Source: Acidobacteriota bacterium
Lineage (GTDB): Bacteria; Acidobacteriota; UBA6911
Assembly (NCBI GenBank): GCA_963664705.1
Contig: OY761556.1
Location: 4,960,001-5,024,000 of the forward strand
Direction of reading: 5' to 3'
Length of the DNA stretch: 64,000 nucleotides
This document shows, piece after piece, positions 40,252 to 48,622 of this stretch. The notes under the pieces are model-generated. The model did no database searches, was not told the origin of the DNA, and saw only the letters and a list, made by a program, of their open reading frames with translations. Each line of letters opens with the position of its first letter. Within the stretch, counting starts at the first letter, position 1. The translations under genes and the position numbers were made by a program.

Positions 40252-40257
40252 GCATAC

Positions 40258-40291
40258 AAAATACGTACATATATCTACTTTGTCAATAGAT
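40258..40291 (-). promoter_or_regulatory. sigma70-type promoter overlapped by a putative Rrf2 operator
   Basis: TTGACA (40286-40281)-N17-TATTTT; ATCTAC-N7-ATAGAT at 40273-40291. Confidence 0.72.
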
Positions 40292-40365
40292 TTTATATAT
40301 TATATTAAAAGACCAGGAATCGCGGCTTTTGGGTAACTTCTTTTCAGAGGAAAGTCGGAGTGCGT

Positions 40366-40827
40366 CTAAATTTGATACATCAATACGCTTTTTCTTTCCT
40401 GCGCGGCCCGATCGGACCGGGCCAGCGCTTCGGCCAACGTTGTCCCGTCCAGAATATTTGAAATGGCATCACGAACATCTTTCATAACAATTCGTATCGC
40501 ACAGCTATGCTCATCCCGACATTCGGGGCATCTGGAATAGGCACTTTGGCTCACGCAGGGAACCGGGGCTAGCGGACCGTCAATTGTCCGCACAATCTGC
40601 CCTATTGTTATTTCCTCCGGTGATCTATTCAGGTAATAGCCTCCGCCCTTCCCTATTTTGCTTTCCAAGATTCCTTGATTCTTCAACTCGCGTAAGATCT
40701 GCTCCAGAAATTTTTTGGGAATGTTTTCTCTTTCGGCCAGTTCAGAAATCAGGACAAGCTTCTTGCTTGATTCACGGGCTAAAGCCAAAACAGCCAAAAG
40801 TCCATACTTCGCTTTCATTGACAACAT
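40366..40827 (-). CDS. Rrf2-family regulator (CymR/IscR-like)
   Basis: KAKYGL, IPKKFLEQIL, GKGGGY, DGPLAPVPC...CPEC...C. Confidence 0.93.
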   Translation of the reverse strand: MLSMKAKYGLLAVLALARESSKKLVLISELAERENIPKKFLEQILRELKNQGILESKIGKGGGYYLNRSPEEITIGQIVRTIDGPLAPVPCVSQSAYSRCPECRDEHSCAIRIVMKDVRDAISNILDGTTLAEALARSDRAAQERKSVLMYQI

Positions 40828-40909
40828 ATATCCCTCATTCTGGATAGGAAAAGTAGATCATTATAAAAGCACATCCCAGCCAAACCATCAATGGCCGTCA
40901 AAATTACTC

Positions 40910-40941
40910 TTGACAACTTATAATCTATTATTTATATAGAT
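40910..40941 (+). promoter_or_regulatory. promoter overlapped by a putative Rrf2 operator
   Basis: TTGACA at 40910-40915; perfect ATCTAT-N7-ATAGAT at 40923-40941 over the -10 region. Confidence 0.72.
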
Positions 40942-41059
40942 ATTGTATTTATTTTGTGATTCTTCAGATTAAACCAGAAATCTGGGCTGAGAGAATCTCC
41001 TCTTGATTGTGCCGACCGACCGGAATCCCGGAAGTCCGCAATTGACAGGGATAGATCCC

Positions 41060-41164
41060 ATGAAGTTATTGCGGCGCATTGAAATGTCACAAACTCTGCT
41101 GTACTTGAATTCCTCATCATATCTTCCTTGTTTAATACCCTGTTGTCGCTGTCCCCAGTTCTAG
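41060..41164 (+). CDS. Cys-rich leader peptide L3, MKLLRRIEMSQTLLYLNSSSYLPCLIPCCRCPQF
   Basis: AGGGA upstream of ATG; four TGT codons within 8 codons near the 3' end; 133 nt upstream of the tlpA-like gene. Confidence 0.65.
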   Translation: MKLLRRIEMSQTLLYLNSSSYLPCLIPCCRCPQF

Positions 41165-41297
41165 ATCCCAATTTTGCGCTGAGCCTCGAGCATTCAAATA
41201 GCTGGCATCCCCAATAAGTAAATTCATCAGGACCCAAATTGGAGCCTGAAAATAAAAGATTCGTTTTGTTCTCAAAACAAAGAGAGGAAGTGTCATT

Positions 41298-42518
41298 GTG
41301 AAGAAAATGTTGATGGTCCTATCGGTTTTATATTTGTTTTCCAGCCTGTCATGGGCGCAGTCTCTGACAGGTGTGTGGGATGCAACGATCAATTTCAACG
41401 GAACCATCATACCGTTCAAGCTTGAATTAGCGGGAGAAGGTTCAAAGGTCACAGGATCGTTTCTCAATGGAACCGAACGTAATACCTCGACAAGTGGCAA
41501 GTTCGAGCAGGAATCTCTGCTGCTTCGGTTCGACGACTACGGAGCGATTCTGGATGCAACGCTGAATGATACCGTCCTGGAAGGACAGTACGGTCCTTTT
41601 CAAAAAAAATTCTATTCGATTCAAGCCAGGAAGCATGCGGACTTCGCTGCGCCAAATTCCGAAGCGCCTGCGATTGGAGGCCTTTGGGAAATAGCCGGCA
41701 TCTCTGGCGCATTTGATGAAAATGCATGGCACTTAATAGTGCGCCAGTCGAATTCCTCCGTGTCTGCTGTCATTGTCCGCGCGGAGGGCGATACCGGTGA
41801 AATTGCCGGTATCTATAAAGATGGGAAGTTTACTCTTGGCCATTTCTCCGGAGCGAGGCCATCCCTTCTTGTTCTTACTCCAAAAAACGATGGGACCTTA
41901 TCTGTGCGGCTTTCTGATTTGCTTGGAAGCAGGCAATTCACAGCCTTCCGAGCGAACGAGGCGCAAGCCAGGAATTGGCCCAACTCCATCTATCCGACAC
42001 AGCCGGTACTCAATGGAAAACCCGAGTCTTTTCAGTTCCGCTTCCCGGACCTGAGCGGACGACTCATTTCCAGCTCGGATCCTCGTTTTCGTAAAAAGGT
42101 GCTCCTTGTAAATGTCTCCGGAAGCTGGAGTCCCAATTGCCATGACCAGGCACCTTTTCTTACTGATCTATACCGACGGTTTCGAAACCAGGGCTTTGAA
42201 ATCGTATCTCTGACATTTGAGGAAGCGGATCAACTTAAAGATGCATCCCGCCTGCGTGCGTTTGTCAAAAAGTTTGGAATCGAATATCCGGTGCTAATTG
42301 CAGGTGCTCCAGAAGAACGAACCGCAAAGTTACAAGCGCAGGCATCCGGCTCATCCTGGCCAACAACGCTCCTGATCGGCCGCGATGGCTTAATCCGTTC
42401 AATTCAAACCGGCTTTCCCAGCCCTGCCAGTGGCGATTTTTATGAGAAGGCAAAGGGCCAGGTCACAGCGCAGGTAGAACAGCTTCTTGCCGAAGGATCT
42501 GAATTGACCAGGAAATAG
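41298..42518 (+). CDS. exported TlpA/redoxin-family protein with SxxC active site
   Basis: signal peptide; FRFPDLSG...VNVSGSWSPNCHDQAP; WPTTLLIGRDG. Confidence 0.82.
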   Translation: MKKMLMVLSVLYLFSSLSWAQSLTGVWDATINFNGTIIPFKLELAGEGSKVTGSFLNGTERNTSTSGKFEQESLLLRFDDYGAILDATLNDTVLEGQYGPFQKKFYSIQARKHADFAAPNSEAPAIGGLWEIAGISGAFDENAWHLIVRQSNSSVSAVIVRAEGDTGEIAGIYKDGKFTLGHFSGARPSLLVLTPKNDGTLSVRLSDLLGSRQFTAFRANEAQARNWPNSIYPTQPVLNGKPESFQFRFPDLSGRLISSSDPRFRKKVLLVNVSGSWSPNCHDQAPFLTDLYRRFRNQGFEIVSLTFEEADQLKDASRLRAFVKKFGIEYPVLIAGAPEERTAKLQAQASGSSWPTTLLIGRDGLIRSIQTGFPSPASGDFYEKAKGQVTAQVEQLLAEGSELTRK

Positions 42519-42531
42519 GCTGTCAGAACGA

Positions 42532-42608
42532 GGCGCCGTACCCAAAATGGAAAGGGGAGGGTCTGCAAAACCTTAATTTTAGCGGTTCGACTCCGCTCGG
42601 CGCCTCCA
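42532..42608 (+). tRNA. tRNA-Cys(GCA)
   Basis: acceptor stem GGCGCCG/CGGCGCC, anticodon arm AGGGT-CTGCAAA-ACCTT, T arm AGCGG-TTCGACT-CCGCT, U73 discriminator, encoded CCA. Confidence 0.92.
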
Positions 42609-42627
42609 TGCTTTGAAATGAGGACAT

Positions 42628-43050
42628 ATGAAAGTAATACTATCTTTACTGTTGCTCTGTCTATTTAGCGCCTCCTGCGCTCCCAAGCGAATTCAAACCG
42701 GCAAAGTGATCGGTCCATACGCGCCAGCAATCAAAGCCGGAAAAACGCTATATATTTCCGGACAGATTGCTCTTAAACCCGGGACAACGGATTTGGTAAA
42801 CACCAACTTTGAGACAGAAGTAGTCCAGGTGCTGGAGAACCTTGTCGCCTTATTGAGGACAGCAGGGTACAAAACCTCCGACCTTGTCCAATGTACTATC
42901 TACCTTAAAGATATAAATGACTATGCAGAAGTGAATCGGATATACGGCAGCTATTTTGAAAAGGGGCGCACACCAACGCGAACCACCATCGCCGTTTCCA
43001 ATTTGCCGCGCAACGCTCGAATTGAAATTTCAGCAATCGCCTATAAATAA
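42628..43050 (+). CDS. RidA/YjgF-family protein with a lipoprotein-like signal peptide
   Basis: IGPY, LYISGQI, VLENL, PTRTT, LPRNARIEI; N-terminus MKVILSLLLLCLFSASC. Confidence 0.88.
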   Translation: MKVILSLLLLCLFSASCAPKRIQTGKVIGPYAPAIKAGKTLYISGQIALKPGTTDLVNTNFETEVVQVLENLVALLRTAGYKTSDLVQCTIYLKDINDYAEVNRIYGSYFEKGRTPTRTTIAVSNLPRNARIEISAIAYK

Positions 43051-43066
43051 AGTGGGAGAATACGTA

Positions 43067-43414
43067 ATGGCAAGCAATCCGTTACAGACTCAGGAATCGT
43101 ATCCCAGACCCATCAAAATTATTATGGTTGGGGGCCATAAGCGGAGTATGCGCAGACTGGCGGACCGCTGCCGGCAAGAAGGATGGCGAGTGGAAAATCA
43201 CTCTGGAGAAACCTATGGCCGCTGTGGTGAAGAGCTCCGATCTCAAATCGGGCGTTCCGATATTGTGGCAATAACAACGAGAGTGAATAGTCACGGTGGC
43301 ATGTTTATAGCCAAAGCCCTGGCACGCCGCCTTGGTCGAACATTTATAGTCATTCGCCGCGATAATTTTGAGGAACTCAAAGCGGCCGTGGTCGATACCG
43401 AGCGCAGATCTTAG
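43067..43414 (+). CDS. DUF2325-like protein
   Basis: IIMVGG...SDIVAITTRVNSH...AK; GGGAG upstream. Confidence 0.7.
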   Translation: MASNPLQTQESYPRPIKIIMVGGHKRSMRRLADRCRQEGWRVENHSGETYGRCGEELRSQIGRSDIVAITTRVNSHGGMFIAKALARRLGRTFIVIRRDNFEELKAAVVDTERRS

Positions 43415-43464
43415 TCTCAAACACGCGCCGGCTGAAGACCAAACCGCCGTCCGTCAGCGGTTCG

Positions 43465-44157
43465 TTATGCGGTAAGTGCGGCTTTTGTTTGGCGCTCAAT
43501 AAGCGCGCGACGAAGGCGAAGAACGCTGTAAGAGCCAAAAAGTACCACATACATTATTATATTCACGATAACCGTGCCGGAACCGGCAGCAGCAGCCGGA
43601 GCCAAAAACAGGGCCAGATGAACAAAAATGAGAAGGAAGAACAGGTAGGCCAGAGTCTGCACTCGTTTCCAGCGCGCCGGCTCCATTAACCTGCGCACAG
43701 CCCCAAACGAAGTCCCCGTAAGAACGGCAAGTATCAAAGCAGTCACAAACGAAACAGTAATTGAGAGCGCTTTATTTTTATCCAGCCTGCCTTCGCCGGC
43801 CAGAAGCAGCGGGATATAGGTATTCGCATATACAATAATGTGACCAACCGCAAGAAGGGATCCGATTATGGCAAGTTGGCGACGCAAGGGATATAGAACA
43901 GTGCGCGGCCGCGAGCCTTTGGGGAAGACACCCGCAAACATCACCAGGGCAAATAATGATAATGCAATCGCACACCGCTGGATGATAATCATCAGCCAGG
44001 AAAACCTAAAAATGGAATCGTCCACATAGTTCGCAAAGAGATATAGTCCGGTCAGGAAAATCGTCAGCACATAAAACCAAGCCGGCCGCTTCTTAAGGTG
44101 TTTGTGCAGAATAAAAACCATGGCAGTTGTTATAAGCAATGTAAGCGCAAATGTCAT
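43465..44157 (-). CDS. ferric reductase-like/MsrQ-like membrane protein
   Basis: RRQLAI, GH, TS, WKRVQTLAY, VH; about 6 TM; AAAGGAGG upstream of ATG 44157. Confidence 0.78.
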   Translation of the reverse strand: MTFALTLLITTAMVFILHKHLKKRPAWFYVLTIFLTGLYLFANYVDDSIFRFSWLMIIIQRCAIALSLFALVMFAGVFPKGSRPRTVLYPLRRQLAIIGSLLAVGHIIVYANTYIPLLLAGEGRLDKNKALSITVSFVTALILAVLTGTSFGAVRRLMEPARWKRVQTLAYLFFLLIFVHLALFLAPAAAAGSGTVIVNIIMYVVLFGSYSVLRLRRALIERQTKAALTA

Positions 44158-44168
44158 GCAACCTCCTT

Positions 44169-45488
44169 TTACGCACCGGCAGCAGCAGCGCTTGGAGCAG
44201 CCAGTCTGCTCAAGGCACCCAGCAGCCTCGTAATCTCGCCAGGCGTGTTGTAAAAATGCGTCGATACACGCAGTCCTGATACGCCACCCTGATTTGTGGA
44301 ACGGATAATGACCTGTTCTTGCTTTTGCAGCGCCCTGACAAGCTGATCCGGCGGGAGGTTTCCGATACTGAATGTAGTAATCCCGGCACCAAATTGTGGA
44401 TCCTCGGAAGTCCACAGCCGGGTCGCTGGAATCTTCTTTAATCCCCGGCGCAGTTGTGCAGATAACTGCTGCGCCCGCGCTGCAATGCGCTCCTTACCGA
44501 TCATTAGCTGAAGATCTACCGCCGCACTGATGCCACAAAGTGCGGGTATGTTCAGTTGCCCGCTTTTTTCAAATCGAGCCGCGCCTGCTTTTGTTTTTGC
44601 CATAACTCTGTCCTGACCGTTATTCGGATCGTAGTAGCCGAAAAGCGGTTCCACTCTGTCCTGCAGTTCTCTCTTAATGTAGGTAAAACCCGTTCCCGTT
44701 CCCGCAAGCAGCCATTTCTGACCGGGGCTGGCATAATGGTCGACCCCGCTCAAATGAAAATCGAGAGGCACAACTCCGGTCGATTGCGCTCCATCCACGG
44801 AAATCAGAATTCCCTTGCTGTGAGCTAGTTCAGCTAACTCTTTTATCGGCATCAATAACCCGGTTACATACGTGACATGGCTTATAACAATCAACCTGGT
44901 TTTTGATGTGATCTTCTTTTCATACGCAGCGAGGATTTCATCGATCGAATTTGGCAGCGCCGGTTCCTCCGCTCGTATGATTCGTATACCCTTCTGCTTT
45001 TCCAGCGCCTGGTATGCCTCAACAGGTCCAAAGTGTTCCCATGCACCGATAACAACCTCGTCTCCGGGCTGCCAGTGGAGTCCCTTGGCAAAGATATTCA
45101 TTCCTTCCGTCGTGCTGTGTGTTAGGGCGATTTCATCCGCATCCGCTCCCGTGAATTCGGCAATGCGTTTGCGTACGCCTGAGAGTTCCTCTTGTCTGAA
45201 GCTGTTGGTCGGGTCCGCGGCGAGTTCTTCATCATACCGTCTGTGCACTGCCAATACGGTATTGGGCGCAGGTCCCAGCGTTCCATTGTTCAGGAAAACA
45301 AGTTTGCTGTAGAGGCTGAATCCCTCGCGTATCTTCTCCCAATAAGCCTCATCGGGCCTATCAACCGATACTTTTGTCTCGTGCACCGGTTCCGGCGAGG
45401 AAATGGTTTGGGCAACCGCGCTGCCTGCAATCGCAGCGGCGGTGCCGGTAAGAAACAAGCGTCTGGAAAGCTGATATTCAGATCTCAT
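44169..45488 (-). CDS. Tat-exported class V PLP enzyme (C-S lyase / isopenicillin-N-epimerase-like)
   Basis: SRRLFL Tat motif; FLNNGTLG, STTEG, DGAQSTG, PGQKWL, RVSTHFYN. Confidence 0.85.
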   Translation of the reverse strand: MRSEYQLSRRLFLTGTAAAIAGSAVAQTISSPEPVHETKVSVDRPDEAYWEKIREGFSLYSKLVFLNNGTLGPAPNTVLAVHRRYDEELAADPTNSFRQEELSGVRKRIAEFTGADADEIALTHSTTEGMNIFAKGLHWQPGDEVVIGAWEHFGPVEAYQALEKQKGIRIIRAEEPALPNSIDEILAAYEKKITSKTRLIVISHVTYVTGLLMPIKELAELAHSKGILISVDGAQSTGVVPLDFHLSGVDHYASPGQKWLLAGTGTGFTYIKRELQDRVEPLFGYYDPNNGQDRVMAKTKAGAARFEKSGQLNIPALCGISAAVDLQLMIGKERIAARAQQLSAQLRRGLKKIPATRLWTSEDPQFGAGITTFSIGNLPPDQLVRALQKQEQVIIRSTNQGGVSGLRVSTHFYNTPGEITRLLGALSRLAAPSAAAAGA

Positions 45489-45513
45489 AATGACCTTTAG
45501 AAAGGGAAAAGGC

Positions 45514-46068
45514 TCAAGGTAAAAACACTTTTATGTACTTATCCACATCGGTATCGGCGAATGACTTGACGAGCACAGCAGATGGCTCAGTCCTGCCATT
45601 CAGTTTCCGATCAGACGACCATTGCTGAGTATCGATAACCTCGATTGCCTCTCCAGGGCATGTGGTTGCACATGCTGGCAATTTGTTTTTGGCAAGACGA
45701 TCAATACACAGATGGCATTTCTGCATTTTCCCGTTTTTGCCGTACTTCGGAATTTCATATGGGCATGCCTTCAGGCAACTCCGGCAACCGATGCATTTGG
45801 CGGCGTCCACCGTGACAATTCCGTTCTCTGCATGTTTTGTTATTGCACCTGCCGGACAGATCCCGGCGCAAGCCGGCTTCGCACAATGCAGACAGGAATG
45901 CGGCAGCGAAATATTGATGACCCGCGTCGGAGTTTCCTCCCAATGGACCAGGACTTTGCGCCACATCACACCGGCTTCCACGGAATTTGCAGCCTTGCAG
46001 GCCACTTCGCAGGCGGAGCATTGTACGCAACGTCCCAAATGAAGCCGAAAACCTAATTGTTTCGCCAT
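45514..46068 (-). CDS. 4Fe-4S dicluster subunit (DmsB/PsrB-like)
   Basis: CVQCSACEVAC, CLHCAKPAC, CIGCRSC, KCHLC, PACATTCP. Confidence 0.92.
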   Translation of the reverse strand: MAKQLGFRLHLGRCVQCSACEVACKAANSVEAGVMWRKVLVHWEETPTRVINISLPHSCLHCAKPACAGICPAGAITKHAENGIVTVDAAKCIGCRSCLKACPYEIPKYGKNGKMQKCHLCIDRLAKNKLPACATTCPGEAIEVIDTQQWSSDRKLNGRTEPSAVLVKSFADTDVDKYIKVFLP

Positions 46069-46102
46069 GTCTTATCCTTTCACCCGTCAAAACATTGCTT
46101 CT

Positions 46103-48538
46103 TCACACCTGCTGCAGTGGCTGTTTCCGCACCTGGACCAGCGTCTGGCTCGACATGGCGGTCACAATCGGATCAAATGCCCTGGCGCTTGTGTCATACA
46201 TGGAGTTTGTATTCGCACCGCCATTGAGTACTGAAAGGTTAGGCTTACCCAGCGCGTCACATCCCTCCCACCATCCGTGCAGTGCCATCACGGTATCTCT
46301 GCGGATGCCAGGATTAACATCCGCTTTCAGGCGAATGGTGCCATGCGGCGACTCGACAACCACCCAGTCCCCATGTCTTATGCCGCGAGCCTGCGCCGTT
46401 TCGGGATGTATCTGCAGGGTTGGATCGGGCGCCACTTCCCGCAGGTGTGGAAGATTGCGCAACCATGAAGCGTTATAAACTTTGGACGTATGGAAATCGG
46501 AAAAAAGCAGAGGGTACTTGTTCAGCAGTTCCGGCGTAGCGGTCAGACTTTCGGGCGGTTCGCGCCATTCCGGCAGCGGGTTGAACCCGGCTTCTTCAAA
46601 TGTCGTGTTATAGATCGCCACCTTTTGCTGCGGCAGATAGGGCGCCTTGGAAAACCTGGAACTGCGCGCAGAAAAAGCCTGCTCGTATTTTTCGTAGACC
46701 GGCTGCCGGGCATTTTGACGAACTATCCCCTCGGGCTTCCTGAGCAGCTCTTCCAGGGTAATGCCATGCCCTTTCAGTTCCTCACGCTTCCACTCTTCAA
46801 CGCTGCCATGCCAGAAATGCTTGCCGTACCCCATCCGCGCTCCCAGCTCAATCCAGAACTCGTAATCGGACTTGGATTCACCTATTGGCTCAATAACCCT
46901 ACGGCGCGGCATGATCCAATTACCGCGCCCTTCGAATGGATGATCCACCTCGTACATGGTGGAAATTGGAATGACGATATCCGCATAATTCATGTCTGCG
47001 GTGCGAGCCACATCGAGGACTACATAGAAATCCACCTTCTTTAGCGCTTCCAAAACGGTCCTCGTGCCACGAGTGCTCGTTACAGGCTGCGTGCCGGGCG
47101 CGATAATTGTGCGAATCGGATAAGGTTTGCCTGTGAGCACGCTTTCGAAAATCCGGTAATATGCGGAAGTGGGACTATTGCTTGTCTGAAAGGGGAGCGG
47201 AAACTCAGGGGCAACAAGTCTGTTGACCTGTTCCTGAGTATACACGAGGCTGTCCCGAGACTCACCCGGGCCCGGTCTCCCACTCTGCTTGGACTTTGGA
47301 GCCGGAGCGCCGGGACCGCCGAGTCCTGCAAAGCGGCGAGGCCCATCGGGAGATCCGGAATTGCCGGACCTCCCGATTCCGGGACTTCCAAGCCCTTCCA
47401 TTCCTCCGGGACCAGCACTTAGGAGATTTCCACCTCGACGATCCAGATTTCCGGTTATTGCAATCAGAATCGCGACAGATCGCACGGCATCATTGCAGCT
47501 CGGAGAGTGTTCAAAACCGTTGCCGGTCTCAATGCAGGCGTGCTTGGTTGTGGCAAAGAGCCGGGCAACTTCGCGCGTCTGCGCTGCCGGCACGCCGGAA
47601 ATCCTCTCCGCCCACTCCGGTGTATATTTCTGAACGTGCGGAACAAGTCGGTCAAACCCATAGGTCCACTTTCCGACGAACTCTCTGTCGTAAAGTTTTT
47701 CGGTGATCACAACATTCAGCAGAGCCAGAGCGAACGCCGCATCGGTTCCCGGGCGAATAGGAACCCAGATATCCGCAAGAGCCGCATCCGGCTCCATAGT
47801 TGGTTTGACTGCAATGATCTTTACACCGCGCGCCTTCGCTGCCAACAATTCACGAACTCCCCCCTTGGCGCTCCCTGCGTAGATTGGCTGCTTCGCCCAG
47901 ATGATCAACAACCTGGTATTCTGAATATCAGCGGTTGGCGAACTCCCAAGCGTATACTGAAAAGAAAAGCCCTTTTGCATGGCGCAAATTCCGCTGTGCG
48001 CATAATTTGGGCTGCCGTGCGCGGCGAGAAATCGTCGAAAATAGGAGCTATACGATCGCGCAGCCGGGGAGAGTATCGCAAGCGACTCCGGCCCAAATTG
48101 CTCCTTCTGTTCCTTCAGTTTTGATGCAATCGTATCGAGCGCTTCATTCCAGGTGATACGCTTGAACTTGCCTTCGCCCCGTTCTCCAACCCTCTTCAGC
48201 GGATAACGCAATCGCTGGGGTGAGTAGACCCACTGCGGTGCAGCATGCGCCTTCCCGCAATTTTTGCCCCGATTCAGCGGAGCATCCTTCAGCGGTTCAA
48301 TCCCAACAAAACGTCCATTGCGCACAACAGCGTTGATGCCGCATCCCTGGCTGGGGCCGCACATCGCACACATGGTCGGGACAAGCTTTTCCGCTGCTGC
48401 GGAAACCAAAGGCGTTGTCTCGGCCGCATGAAGCAGTGCCAACGGTTCAACTGTGCTCCAGAGGGCCGATTGAACACATATCGCGCCTGCCGCTCTCAAA
48501 ACCTCGCGCCGGGTTATTTCACTATCCTTAGATTTCAT
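46103..48538 (-). CDS. Tat-exported molybdopterin oxidoreductase catalytic subunit
   Basis: TRREVL Tat motif; CAMCGPSQGC...C; SGICAM (probable Cys Mo ligand); PIRPGTDAA; C-terminal MGD domain. Confidence 0.9.
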   Translation of the reverse strand: MKSKDSEITRREVLRAAGAICVQSALWSTVEPLALLHAAETTPLVSAAAEKLVPTMCAMCGPSQGCGINAVVRNGRFVGIEPLKDAPLNRGKNCGKAHAAPQWVYSPQRLRYPLKRVGERGEGKFKRITWNEALDTIASKLKEQKEQFGPESLAILSPAARSYSSYFRRFLAAHGSPNYAHSGICAMQKGFSFQYTLGSSPTADIQNTRLLIIWAKQPIYAGSAKGGVRELLAAKARGVKIIAVKPTMEPDAALADIWVPIRPGTDAAFALALLNVVITEKLYDREFVGKWTYGFDRLVPHVQKYTPEWAERISGVPAAQTREVARLFATTKHACIETGNGFEHSPSCNDAVRSVAILIAITGNLDRRGGNLLSAGPGGMEGLGSPGIGRSGNSGSPDGPRRFAGLGGPGAPAPKSKQSGRPGPGESRDSLVYTQEQVNRLVAPEFPLPFQTSNSPTSAYYRIFESVLTGKPYPIRTIIAPGTQPVTSTRGTRTVLEALKKVDFYVVLDVARTADMNYADIVIPISTMYEVDHPFEGRGNWIMPRRRVIEPIGESKSDYEFWIELGARMGYGKHFWHGSVEEWKREELKGHGITLEELLRKPEGIVRQNARQPVYEKYEQAFSARSSRFSKAPYLPQQKVAIYNTTFEEAGFNPLPEWREPPESLTATPELLNKYPLLFSDFHTSKVYNASWLRNLPHLREVAPDPTLQIHPETAQARGIRHGDWVVVESPHGTIRLKADVNPGIRRDTVMALHGWWEGCDALGKPNLSVLNGGANTNSMYDTSARAFDPIVTAMSSQTLVQVRKQPLQQV

Positions 48539-48622
48539 TTTCGAATTTCCTCTGTAGCGACGCACGGATTTTTCGGATCATCTCCAATGGAGATGATCCG
48601 GGGACATTTCAGAATTCGTCTC

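Noticed and set aside
46103-48538. Respiratory arsenate reductase ArrA, given the nearby arsenic island
   Set aside because: ArrA-specific motifs were not recognised and the regulatory context points to sulfur; a phylogeny is needed
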